In this document: positions 50,986-60,120 of the stretch, piece by piece
Numbering within the stretch: the stretch's first letter is position 1
Layout: every line of letters begins with the position of its first letter
IMG/VR virus record: IMGVR_UViG_3300025364_000003
Coordinates: 62,001-126,000 of that record
Length of the DNA stretch: 64,000 nucleotides
Strand: one strand, 5' to 3'
Notes under the pieces: model-generated
What the model was told of the DNA's origin: nothing
Seen by the model: the letters and a program-made list of their open reading frames with translations, nothing else
The model's database searches: none
Made by a program: the position numbers and the translations under genes

Positions 50986-53900
50986 AAGTTTTTTCCAGCG
51001 TCTGACGAGGCTCTTTAGATCTGGCCCTGCAATTCAGCGTAGGATCAAAGGCCAGAATGTAGCTTCGTACTATGATACAAAGCTCATTCAGGGCAATTAT
51101 GGATATCGTGCCCCTGCACCATTCGGCTTTGGCCGAGAAAATTCTCCATTTTCCGTGCTTGGTTCATACGGAATGCTCGATCGTATGGCTCGTTATGCTG
51201 AGTTTGCTGAGATGGAGTATTGCCTTCATGGGGATACAAAAATTGCAGTTCCTGGTGGATACAAAACCATCAAAGAGTTAGCTGAGCAGCATGGCCTTGA
51301 TGGTGAGTTTATTGTTTACTCTTGGGACCACTCAAAAGAAAAAATCGTTCCAGCAGTTGGACGACAGGCACGGCAGACACGAACAGATCATGCGTTTAAA
51401 GTCACATTCGACTCAGGCAAAGAAATTATTGGAACAAGTAATCATCGCCTAATGAAGCGAGATGGTACCTATTGTGAAATTGGTGATCTGAAGCCTGGCG
51501 ATGCTATGATGCCATTCTACAGACGTTCTGTTGCCTCAGATAGAACTGAAGGTCAGGAAAACCTATACCAAACAATCTATACGGTCAACAGAGAAGAAAA
51601 TCCATATGGATGGACAGCTGAACATAAGTTGCTGGCCGAGTTTATTCTTGGTCGGTCATTGACTGAGGATGAGGTTGTTCATCATAAGAATTTCAAGGTA
51701 CACGATAATAGGATTGAGAATCTTGAAGTCATGAGCGCAGAGGATCATCGTCGTTTGCATGCTGAAATTCTCAATGGTAAAAAATGGGATTACAAAACCA
51801 ATTCTGAATGGATTGAAAACTTCAAGAGACAACATAGTACATGGATGAAAGCTAACAATCCTGCGGAGCGTAAAGACATCACGTTCGAACGTATCCTTTA
51901 CTGGTGTGACACAAACAGTTTCAACCTATACAAGGTTGCACGTGCATTTGACACAGACACCAATACCATCAAGCGAAAGTTGGCCTCAAAGGGTTTCACA
52001 TCCTGGATTGATTTTGCAACGGCATATTCTCCTGGCTGGAGAAGTGAAAGCTGGATCAACGCAGGAAAGCAGAACCCGAGATACCGATCCGATGTGTCTT
52101 TTGGTAAGATTTGTGACGTGTACAAGCAAGGTATGACCAAAAAGGCGATTGCAGAAGCGCTTGGAGTTTCCGTAGTGCCAATTCAAAATCGCTTGAAGGA
52201 GGCAGGTTACCAAACTTGGACTGAATTTGTGTCAAGTTATGAAAACCACAAGGTGGTTTCGGTTGAATACTACGGAGAAATTCCCTTATATGACCTTACG
52301 GTTGATGGGTATAAGAATTTCGCAACTGACAGTGTCATCTCACACAACACTCCTGAGATTGCAACAGCATTGGACATTTATGCTGACGAATCTGTGGGAG
52401 GCGATGAACACGGACATTCTTTCCATGTGTTTTCAGACAACGTTCAGATCAAACGAGCTTTAGAAGAGCTTTTCTATGATGTTCTGAACGTAGAATTCAA
52501 CATCCGAGTTTGGGCAAGGAATCTTGTCAAATATGGAGATTTTTTCCTTTATAATGAAGTTCTGCCAGACATTGGCGTGATCAATGCACAGCCGATTCCA
52601 GTAAACGATATTGAACGTGAAGAAGGTTTCGACGAAGAGGACCCATATGCAATTCGCTTCAAGTGGCTTACTAGAGGAAACGTTTATTTGGAAAACTGGC
52701 AGGTTACACACTTCAGAATCTTGGGCAATGACTTGTTCTTGCCTTATGGTACCGCCGTTTTAGAACCAGCACGAAGAATATGGCGTCAGCTCATCATGAT
52801 GGAAGATGCCATGTTGGTCTATCGAGTTGTCCGTTCACCTGAGCGTCGAGTTTTCTACATTGATGTTGGGAATGTAGCGCCAAACGATGTTCCTTCTTAC
52901 ATGGAAGCAGCAAAACAAACGCTACGTTCTCATTCTGTCATTGATAGAACATCAGGTCGTCAGGACTTGCGTTATAACCCACTTGCAATCGACGAGGATT
53001 ATTATATCCCCGTTCGAGGCAACCAGTCAGGTACTAAAATTGAAACATTGGCAGGTGGCCAGCATGTTACTGCTACGGAAGACGTTCAATATATTCAAAG
53101 CAAACTATTCGCAGCACTCAAAGTTCCCAAACCTTACTTGAACTATGATGAAAACCTTTCCTCTAAGGCGACACTTGCACAGACTGATGTACGATTTAGC
53201 CGTACCATTTCTGCAATTCAGAAGATTATTATTGCAGAAATGTCAAAACTTGCAATGATTCACCTTTATGCCAAGGGGTTTGATGGAGAAGATTTAATCA
53301 ACTTTGAATTGAAGCTCAGTAATCCTTCTACAGTGGCACTCCAGCAGAAACTGGAACTTTGGGCAACTAAGATGGACGTTGCAGGAACAGCTAAAGAAAC
53401 TAAACTGGTTGATGAGCGTTGGATTCAGAAGGTATTGCTTGAACTAACGGACGACGACATTAATAAAATCAATAAAGGACTTTACGAGGATAAGATTCGT
53501 GAAGTGCAACTTGACCAAGTTGCATTTGAAGAAGAGGTCTTTAAACCAACCACAACGGATGAATTCTCACCAGCTGGTTATGGCATTCCAGGAGAGAATA
53601 TTCCGAAGGGAGAAGTGCCATCCCCGCCACCTAGAGGCGGAAGTGAAATTGTCGGTCCGCCACCAAAGAAGAATCCATATAAGCTTGATTACAAACAAGG
53701 AACAACTCCGATTAAAGCTACGCCATTCTTGACGAGAAATCGAAAAAATAGAAAGAGAAGGGTTGGTGCTGGTGGGAGATCCAATACTGCAAACCCGGAC
53801 TTTGGCGCAATGCTTCATCCAGGTAAGAACAGATCCCTAAGTGACATTTATGGTCGTCAATCTCGCATGGAGGGAATTGAAATTGATGGTGAGGAATTCG

Positions 53901-54199
53901 TATTTGGTGAAAGCAACGACTTTAAGCCAGAACCAGTTTTACCTGGCGAACTTAAGAGTATCTTTAGAAGGATGACAGAACATTTTCAAAAAAACCAACA
54001 AAAGAGGACAAAAATTATTACTGAAGAACTTGAAACTGATATCATCGAAGAAACCGACGAAGACCAAAAACTTATTGAAGAAGTGTTATCAAATGGTGAG
54101 GATATGGAAATTAAGTCATCCTCATTAAAGGAAACATTTAGCCTAGAATCAGATGAAGAAGTTGACATAGAAGATATTATTGAAATCGACTTAGAATAA
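50972..54199 (+). CDS. Portal protein (T4 gp20-like) containing an intein
   Basis: PEIATALDIYADES, R.LVKYGD.F, FLPYGT.VLEPAR..WRQL..MEDAM.VYR..R.PERRVFYIDVGN, DEDYYIP, I.TL.GG, KLF.ALKVP motifs. Confidence 0.93.
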   Translation: MARNESFFQRLTRLFRSGPAIQRRIKGQNVASYYDTKLIQGNYGYRAPAPFGFGRENSPFSVLGSYGMLDRMARYAEFAEMEYCLHGDTKIAVPGGYKTIKELAEQHGLDGEFIVYSWDHSKEKIVPAVGRQARQTRTDHAFKVTFDSGKEIIGTSNHRLMKRDGTYCEIGDLKPGDAMMPFYRRSVASDRTEGQENLYQTIYTVNREENPYGWTAEHKLLAEFILGRSLTEDEVVHHKNFKVHDNRIENLEVMSAEDHRRLHAEILNGKKWDYKTNSEWIENFKRQHSTWMKANNPAERKDITFERILYWCDTNSFNLYKVARAFDTDTNTIKRKLASKGFTSWIDFATAYSPGWRSESWINAGKQNPRYRSDVSFGKICDVYKQGMTKKAIAEALGVSVVPIQNRLKEAGYQTWTEFVSSYENHKVVSVEYYGEIPLYDLTVDGYKNFATDSVISHNTPEIATALDIYADESVGGDEHGHSFHVFSDNVQIKRALEELFYDVLNVEFNIRVWARNLVKYGDFFLYNEVLPDIGVINAQPIPVNDIEREEGFDEEDPYAIRFKWLTRGNVYLENWQVTHFRILGNDLFLPYGTAVLEPARRIWRQLIMMEDAMLVYRVVRSPERRVFYIDVGNVAPNDVPSYMEAAKQTLRSHSVIDRTSGRQDLRYNPLAIDEDYYIPVRGNQSGTKIETLAGGQHVTATEDVQYIQSKLFAALKVPKPYLNYDENLSSKATLAQTDVRFSRTISAIQKIIIAEMSKLAMIHLYAKGFDGEDLINFELKLSNPSTVALQQKLELWATKMDVAGTAKETKLVDERWIQKVLLELTDDDINKINKGLYEDKIREVQLDQVAFEEEVFKPTTTDEFSPAGYGIPGENIPKGEVPSPPPRGGSEIVGPPPKKNPYKLDYKQGTTPIKATPFLTRNRKNRKRRVGAGGRSNTANPDFGAMLHPGKNRSLSDIYGRQSRMEGIEIDGEEFVFGESNDFKPEPVLPGELKSIFRRMTEHFQKNQQKRTKIITEELETDIIEETDEDQKLIEEVLSNGEDMEIKSSSLKETFSLESDEEVDIEDIIEIDLE
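51221..52348 (+). mobile_element. Intein (376 aa) with HNH endonuclease and two HTH repeats
   Basis: Starts CLHGDT, block B T..H, EHKL...VVHHKN..HDNRIENL HNH, ends YDLTV..YKNFA...SHN followed by Thr+1. Confidence 0.93.
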
Positions 54200-54275
54200 T
54201 GCTTGGATATTAGGGTCAAATGTCATCTATTTAATCATGCGTAAGGAACATAATACTGAAGCAAATGGATAGAAA

Positions 54276-55151
54276 ATGCTGAAACATAATAAAAAAAGAA
54301 ACGTTGGATTGTTAAACGAATTTTTTGCTCAATACATGGCAAATGCAGCAGTTGAATTTAGATTTGATGATTATGCCAAGGCAGATCGGCTTTGGAAGAA
54401 GCACTTTAGTGAAGGAACTGAATTGGCGAAAGAACTTCAAATGTTTGAGACGGTCTCAAGTGCAAATTTAAAGGACCGTACCATTGCTCATAAAATGCTT
54501 GAACAGGTAAAGAGGCATGTTAAAACACAAAATCAAGAGAGGCTCGATAGAGAAAAGACCAACTTGATTCATGAGATTAGGAATGAACTTTCAGACGACA
54601 ACTTTTTTGACCGTCAAATTGGCGATTACAAAACAAATGCAACGATTCAATTGGTTTTAAATCACTGGAGAAACGGTGATGATGAACACACAAGAAATTT
54701 TTCTACCATTTCTCATCTAGAAGAAAAGGTTGTTGATCACATGGTTTCAGGGAAAGCTGAACTGCCACCATTTAACAACACCCTTCTCGAAACCTCGAAA
54801 GAAGATATTGACAAGTTGGTAATCAATGTCTTTAGAGAAAAGGTAGATGCCAAATATAGTGAAGTATTAAACGAAGATCAAAAAGAAATCATCGGTCTTT
54901 ATACGTTTTCAAACGACAGTGAGGAGTCAAAAAAGGCTCTTACAAACAAACTTTCCTCAATTAAGGAAACCGTACTCAAGAAGATTAACGGCGAACTTTC
55001 TAAAACCAATGGAAAGTCTCCAAACGACAAACTAAATGAAGTTAAAAATTGTATTCAAGAAGAGAGTTACAATATTAATAACCCAGGTGAAGAAACAATA
55101 ACCTTTTACCTTTCGGTTTGTTCGTTGAAACATGAACTTGAATCGGATTAA
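54276..55151 (+). CDS. Helical hypothetical protein between portal and prohead protease
   Basis: 291-aa ORF starting LKHNKKRN; position suggests a head-assembly role. Confidence 0.75.
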   Translation: MLKHNKKRNVGLLNEFFAQYMANAAVEFRFDDYAKADRLWKKHFSEGTELAKELQMFETVSSANLKDRTIAHKMLEQVKRHVKTQNQERLDREKTNLIHEIRNELSDDNFFDRQIGDYKTNATIQLVLNHWRNGDDEHTRNFSTISHLEEKVVDHMVSGKAELPPFNNTLLETSKEDIDKLVINVFREKVDAKYSEVLNEDQKEIIGLYTFSNDSEESKKALTNKLSSIKETVLKKINGELSKTNGKSPNDKLNEVKNCIQEESYNINNPGEETITFYLSVCSLKHELESD

Positions 55152-55182
55152 AAGATAATTATATTTTAACCAAGGGTGCAGC

Positions 55183-55803
55183 ATGAAATTACTACAAGAG
55201 TTAACAGTTTTTGATTATGACCAAAGTCAGGTCAAAGAATCTATTGAGAAAAACAATGGTAAAATTATTGTGCGTGGAGTAATACAACGTGCAGACACAT
55301 TGAATGCAAACGGCAGAGTTTATCCAAGGCATGTTCTTGAGCGTGAAATCAGAAACTATTTGAAGCTCGTAGATGAACGCAGGGCCACTGGAGAACTTGA
55401 TCATGCTGATGACCCGGTTGTAAATCTTAAGAACGTCAGTCACGTTATAACAAAACTTTGGATGGAACATGACGGTACTGTCATGGGTGAAGTTGAAGTT
55501 TTGGATCAATTGCCAATGGGCAAGATTCTTCGAGGTTTGATTGAAGCTGGAATCAAGGTTGGCATCTCAAGTAGAGCACTTGGTTCTGTAGAACACAATG
55601 GCGAAGGCGACGTTGTTCAAGATGATCTTCATTTTATTTGTTGGGATTTCGTTTCCGAACCTTCTACGCCTGGAGCCTGGATGATGAGAGAGGGAAAGGA
55701 ATATGGACCTGACATTCTCGAAAAAGTATTTTCTCGTGAAGATCGTATCTGGAGAGCTGCGAACGACATCCTTTCAGTTCACAAAAGTCTTAAAAGTTTT
55801 TAA
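55183..55803 (+). CDS. Prohead protease (T4 gp21-like)
   Basis: IQRAD..NANGRVYP, GELDH, VSH, GISSR..GS, WDFVSEPSTPGA. Confidence 0.93.
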   Translation: MKLLQELTVFDYDQSQVKESIEKNNGKIIVRGVIQRADTLNANGRVYPRHVLEREIRNYLKLVDERRATGELDHADDPVVNLKNVSHVITKLWMEHDGTVMGEVEVLDQLPMGKILRGLIEAGIKVGISSRALGSVEHNGEGDVVQDDLHFICWDFVSEPSTPGAWMMREGKEYGPDILEKVFSREDRIWRAANDILSVHKSLKSF

Positions 55804-55848
55804 TCAAAAGAGTTATACTCAAAAACATAAGTGTGTTAAGATTCAATT

Positions 55849-56166
55849 ATGACCAATACCATAAATGATAACACATTTGCTTCCGAGGTACTTGCCAGCG
55901 ATCTTCCGGTTCTTGTTGATTTTAGTGCTTCTTGGTGCGGACCATGTCGCTTTGTGACCCCAATTATTGACAAGCTTGCTGAGGACTATAAAGATAAAGT
56001 AAAGATAGTAAAGCTTGATATTGACGATGCTCCTGATACAACTCAAGAGTTCGGTATTCGTGGTGTTCCAACTTTTGTTTTCTTCAAGGAAGGCAAAGAA
56101 GTAGAACGTTGGGTTGGCGCTAATAAATCTGACAAGGATTTCAGAGAAAAGCTGGACACTCTTTGA
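55849..56166 (+). CDS. trxA: Thioredoxin
   Basis: VLVDF.A.WCGPC, FGIRGVPT. Confidence 0.95.
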   Translation: MTNTINDNTFASEVLASDLPVLVDFSASWCGPCRFVTPIIDKLAEDYKDKVKIVKLDIDDAPDTTQEFGIRGVPTFVFFKEGKEVERWVGANKSDKDFREKLDTL

Positions 56167-56180
56167 GTTTTAGATTTCTT

Positions 56181-56783
56181 CTACTTCTTTGAAGCCTTTT
56201 TCTTTGGCTTTGACTGCTTTATCATAGGTATGGATTTAGCTAAGATGTCAAAAATTTCTTGACCATATCGTTGAATTGGTTGCGGCAAACCTGCCGTAAA
56301 ACCTGCTACGTCGCCAGCGATAATATAGTTTCGCATTTTGGTTCCAGAAATGTCAATGTTTTCCGCTCTGGCAAAACCTCGTCTTTCAATTTGATCATTT
56401 TCCATTAGCCTTGGAAAATATTTAATCAGGGTTTTGTCAGGGTAATACTTTTCTACGTCTTCGGCATCCCCGTAAAGAATATAGGTGTTGTCATTTGTTT
56501 CGTCATTTTCAGCATCACCCAATATTTGATAAGTTGTAGCTGTTGGATTTTTGACAAACATGATCTCAACATTGCCTGGCATTGCTTTGGTGAGATATTT
56601 GTCCCAAATTGTTTCCATTTGTTCATCCCAGAAAATTGGGAGTTCGCCTTTCCTCACACGGTTGCTAGTAGACACCAATAGCAAAATCTTATCTGCATCT
56701 CTTGCAGCTTGTTCAACTAGAAAATAATGACCCTTGGTAAAGGGTTTGAACCCACCGCCAACAATTCCAATATGTTGTCTCAT
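56181..56783 (-). CDS. HIGH-superfamily nucleotidyltransferase (cytidyltransferase-like)
   Basis: GGFKPFTKGH, YGD..D and ISGTKMR motifs. Confidence 0.85.
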   Translation of the reverse strand: MRQHIGIVGGGFKPFTKGHYFLVEQAARDADKILLLVSTSNRVRKGELPIFWDEQMETIWDKYLTKAMPGNVEIMFVKNPTATTYQILGDAENDETNDNTYILYGDAEDVEKYYPDKTLIKYFPRLMENDQIERRGFARAENIDISGTKMRNYIIAGDVAGFTAGLPQPIQRYGQEIFDILAKSIPMIKQSKPKKKASKK

Positions 56784-56820
56784 TTAATCTACCTTAGAGT
56801 TTACGTCAATAATTACCAAC

Positions 56821-57156
56821 GTGATTCCAAACGAGCTAAAAGAAATCATTGATTATGTTATCGATTATGCGAGCAAAAGCTCAAATGATTGGTTTCGAAT
56901 CAAAAAAGAACTTATTAAGTTGTTTCCTCCAAAGGAAAGAAGTCGGTTTTCAAGAAGGCATTATTCAACAAAAAAACAAATAATTAACGATTTCGATCGT
57001 GAGGTGATAAAATATTGGGAAAAGCAAACTGGACAGAAACTATTCATAGATGAAACAAAGCTTCATTCAAGCTCATGGAAAAGACGACCAAAAGGTTGGG
57101 GATTAGCGGTATATAATGAAAAAAGACGCAGAGAAAAAGCTAAAAGTTCTAATTGA
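56821..57156 (+). CDS. Basic hypothetical protein
   Basis: 111-aa ORF. Confidence 0.7.
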   Translation: MIPNELKEIIDYVIDYASKSSNDWFRIKKELIKLFPPKERSRFSRRHYSTKKQIINDFDREVIKYWEKQTGQKLFIDETKLHSSSWKRRPKGWGLAVYNEKRRREKAKSSN

Positions 57157-58267
57157 GTCATTGGTTGAACAATATATCAATGAATTTGAGGACGACATTG
57201 TCGCCCAAGACCCGTTGATTAAAATTTTTATCACTCCATTTACTGACGTTATCAAAACTGCAAAAGGAGAACTGGAAAAAACGGTTGCAGTTACAGCAAC
57301 CACCATTACAAGTCTTGCCAAACAAGCTGCTGTTTTAGCTATACCATTTTTTGCTTCAAGTATGATCGATGATATTCAAGAAGAATCACAAAAAAAGTTA
57401 GAAGAAAGACTTTCAACAATTAATGAAAGGTATGCTGACGTCCTTAAGAGAAACTGGGACACAGTTCGTGGAAGAGATGTTTGGGGCATTACTTTCATGC
57501 TTGACCCAAGTTTTGGTATTGCAGAAAAATTTGCACTTAGGGCACCGTATGCTGCGCTTGGCGTCCTTGAAGTTTTGACCGGTGGGCATCCAAAAGTAAC
57601 TGAGTTAAAGCAAAAGGCAAAGAAATTAGTCCACCATGTTACTCCCGATTACCTTTCCAGTGTGGGTGCTGCGACCTACGGCGGCGGCGGCGGTTTTGGC
57701 GGCGGCTTTGGCGGCTACGGCGAATATGGTGACTTTGGAGGATTCGGAGAATCTGTTAAAAGGTTGCGAGAACAACAAGCTCAACAAGCTCAGCCACGAC
57801 AACAAGTTCAACAACAACAACAAGCTCAGCCGCAACAACAACCTACTGCACAACAACAAGCTCAACTTGAAAATGTAAAAAAGAGAATTGGAGCAGCCAT
57901 TTCAGCACTTAAGCAAGACCCTGCAATACAGCAAGCCATTCAGCAAGGTCCGGTAGCGAAACAAATGCAAGCAGCAGCCTTGGAATCGATTCAGTCAGTG
58001 GTGCAGCCAGTTTTATCTGCAAGCACATACGAACAGCTTAAGAAGGCTATTGGTTCAGAATTTAACAAGTATGAGCAAGAATATATGAAAGAAATTCCTG
58101 AAGAAGTTAAAAATGATTCACAGGCATTAGAACAATTTCAAGAACAGTTAGTTCCGCAATTAAAGCAATCATATATAGCTGTTTTAGTGAAGCAACTACA
58201 ACGTCTTGCCAAGACTCATCCAAGCATCGCCAAGCCGATGCAATCACTAATTCAAAAAATTAGCTAA
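57116..58267 (+). CDS. Helical protein with central Gly/Tyr/Phe-rich and Gln-rich low-complexity tracts
   Basis: YGGGGGFGGGFGGYGEYGDFGGFG then QQAQQAQPRQQVQQQQQ. Confidence 0.8.
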   Translation: MKKDAEKKLKVLIESLVEQYINEFEDDIVAQDPLIKIFITPFTDVIKTAKGELEKTVAVTATTITSLAKQAAVLAIPFFASSMIDDIQEESQKKLEERLSTINERYADVLKRNWDTVRGRDVWGITFMLDPSFGIAEKFALRAPYAALGVLEVLTGGHPKVTELKQKAKKLVHHVTPDYLSSVGAATYGGGGGFGGGFGGYGEYGDFGGFGESVKRLREQQAQQAQPRQQVQQQQQAQPQQQPTAQQQAQLENVKKRIGAAISALKQDPAIQQAIQQGPVAKQMQAAALESIQSVVQPVLSASTYEQLKKAIGSEFNKYEQEYMKEIPEEVKNDSQALEQFQEQLVPQLKQSYIAVLVKQLQRLAKTHPSIAKPMQSLIQKIS

Positions 58268-58324
58268 ACATATTCTATACACGACACTTTGCTTTATTTA
58301 TCCTTTCTCATATTGGAGGATCAT

Positions 58325-58591
58325 ATGCAAGGACCGGAAAAACAACCTTCTGAACTTGGGGAACTCAAGAAAACAGTTGGAGAATTTGTCAGACGTTTAA
58401 AGAATGTGGAAAACGAGATGGAGTTGTTGAAAGAGCAACGAAAAGATCTTATTGAAGAATACAAAGAACAGCTAGACATGAAAACCTTGAATGCGGCAAT
58501 TCGTGCTGTAAAAATTAAAAAAAAGGTAGCACATAAAGATACTTTTGATGTATTTGTCGACATTCTTGAAGAATATGAGACTGTTGACTAA
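58325..58591 (+). CDS. T4 DsbA / GapR (DUF2312)-like DNA-binding protein
   Basis: F..RL..VE.E...L.E..KD...E.K..LD.K.L..AI pattern; GGAGG SD. Confidence 0.7.
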   Translation: MQGPEKQPSELGELKKTVGEFVRRLKNVENEMELLKEQRKDLIEEYKEQLDMKTLNAAIRAVKIKKKVAHKDTFDVFVDILEEYETVD

Positions 58592-58856
58592 AAGAAAATA
58601 TTTGGCAACTTGGTATGTCAATGTTGATGATGTTGATCCAAGCCAAGTTTACAAGTATCTTGATGCATTTAAGAGTGCTATCGCAAGAGGAGCGGGAAGT
58701 CCCTGGTATGAACTAGAAGTATTTTTAGAAGCACCAGTTTTAGGTTACTTTATTCCCGTTAGAGGATCCGATACAAGAATAGAAGTTCAAGAAATAACGT
58801 TTAGGACAGAAGATTACAATGAAGAAGCAAGTAAAAATTCCAGTAATACTCTATGA
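58545..58856 (+). CDS. Hypothetical protein
   Basis: YVNV....Q...Y, YFIPVRG..TRIE; start probably TTG 58584. Confidence 0.65.
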   Translation: MMYLSTFLKNMRLLTKRKYLATWYVNVDDVDPSQVYKYLDAFKSAIARGAGSPWYELEVFLEAPVLGYFIPVRGSDTRIEVQEITFRTEDYNEEASKNSSNTL

Positions 58857-59265
58857 ATCAGAAGAGCAGGCATTGCCGTATATTGAAGTTGAACAAGAAG
58901 AAGAAATGCCTCACGCTTTATTCATCCAAGAGTACAAACATACTGGCGAGTTTGAACCTGACCAAGATGGGGAAGAAGCCCCCATTGTTGATATCATGAT
59001 GCACATGTTTGTAAACATGACAACCTTGCAGGAAAAATTAACTCCAGAACTTAATGACAAAGTTCGTGTTGCCATCGGACTTCAACCTTTAGCCAAGGCA
59101 AAGGAAGAAGGGCGAAAAATCATGGACAAGGTCTATGAAAATGTTAACAAACGCATGGAAGATTCACATGCTAATAAAGAACAAGTTAAAGAAGAGCTTG
59201 GCCGTCATCTGAATGAAAAACTGACTGAGAAATTCTTTAAGACTGAGGAAATAAAAGAGGATTAA
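58819..59265 (+). CDS. Acidic hypothetical protein
   Basis: 148-aa ORF in the operon. Confidence 0.75.
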   Translation: MKKQVKIPVILYESEEQALPYIEVEQEEEMPHALFIQEYKHTGEFEPDQDGEEAPIVDIMMHMFVNMTTLQEKLTPELNDKVRVAIGLQPLAKAKEEGRKIMDKVYENVNKRMEDSHANKEQVKEELGRHLNEKLTEKFFKTEEIKED

Positions 59266-59266
59266 T

Positions 59267-59464
59267 ATGAAATTGCATCCAAGTGTAGTTGAAAAACTTC
59301 TGTATCTTTACAAGACCTACGGTGGTTTTGCAGACGAAAGAAAGCTTAAAGACCACGTTCAAGCTTTGGATCTAACCGTTTACGAACGTAAGACCACTGC
59401 CAATCAAGAAATGGTCCTTGTATTGACTGAAGATTACATTAAACAACTTAACCAGAACAAGTAA
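59267..59464 (+). CDS. Small hypothetical protein
   Basis: GAGGA SD, TAATG coupling downstream. Confidence 0.7.
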   Translation: MKLHPSVVEKLLYLYKTYGGFADERKLKDHVQALDLTVYERKTTANQEMVLVLTEDYIKQLNQNK

Positions 59465-60117
59465 TGTCAGATAAAAAACAACAATCTTTTGAAATTGGAC
59501 AGGTGGTTTACGTACTATCTGATAAAGCTGAGGCTATTGTTCCTGCTGTTATCGTTGAGGAAATGGTGGTCAAAAAGCTTGATGGTAGTTCTACATCTTG
59601 GAAGGTGGCCATAGGACCGCCTGGCAAGAAGAAGGTTGTTGAAACTCATGATTTAAGTGGCGATGTATATACATCGCTAGATGAAATCAAAGAGGTGATG
59701 TCAAAACGTCTAGAAGAATTTGTTGACAATCTTCTCACTCAAGCCAAACAAAGAACGGAAGCTTGGTACGGAAAACAGATTGAAAACTCAGAGCGGGCTC
59801 AAACCCCCGAGGGAAAAATTGATCCTGCAAGTCTAATAGACAGTATTGAGGGTAGAAGTAACGCCAAAGAATTCATACAGTCGCCTGGACAAGAAGTTCC
59901 AACTGGCAAATCTCTTGCAATTAGAGCGCCGGTCAATCAAGGTCCGCTTCAACCGCAAGAAAATGTAGATCCATCAGATCCCAAGTCAGTTCTTAGGGCC
60001 AGGTTGAGAAGTATGGCCGTGCCAGACGAAGAAGAAGTTGATGAAAATTATGAAGGCGAATTCATCATGACTGAAGATGGTAGAAGAATTCCAGTAAAAT
60101 ACAATCAAAATCAGTAA
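59464..60117 (+). CDS. Hypothetical protein (N-terminal beta-barrel)
   Basis: FEIGQVVYVL...PAVIVEE. Confidence 0.8.
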   Translation: MSDKKQQSFEIGQVVYVLSDKAEAIVPAVIVEEMVVKKLDGSSTSWKVAIGPPGKKKVVETHDLSGDVYTSLDEIKEVMSKRLEEFVDNLLTQAKQRTEAWYGKQIENSERAQTPEGKIDPASLIDSIEGRSNAKEFIQSPGQEVPTGKSLAIRAPVNQGPLQPQENVDPSDPKSVLRARLRSMAVPDEEEVDENYEGEFIMTEDGRRIPVKYNQNQ

Positions 60118-60120
60118 TAT

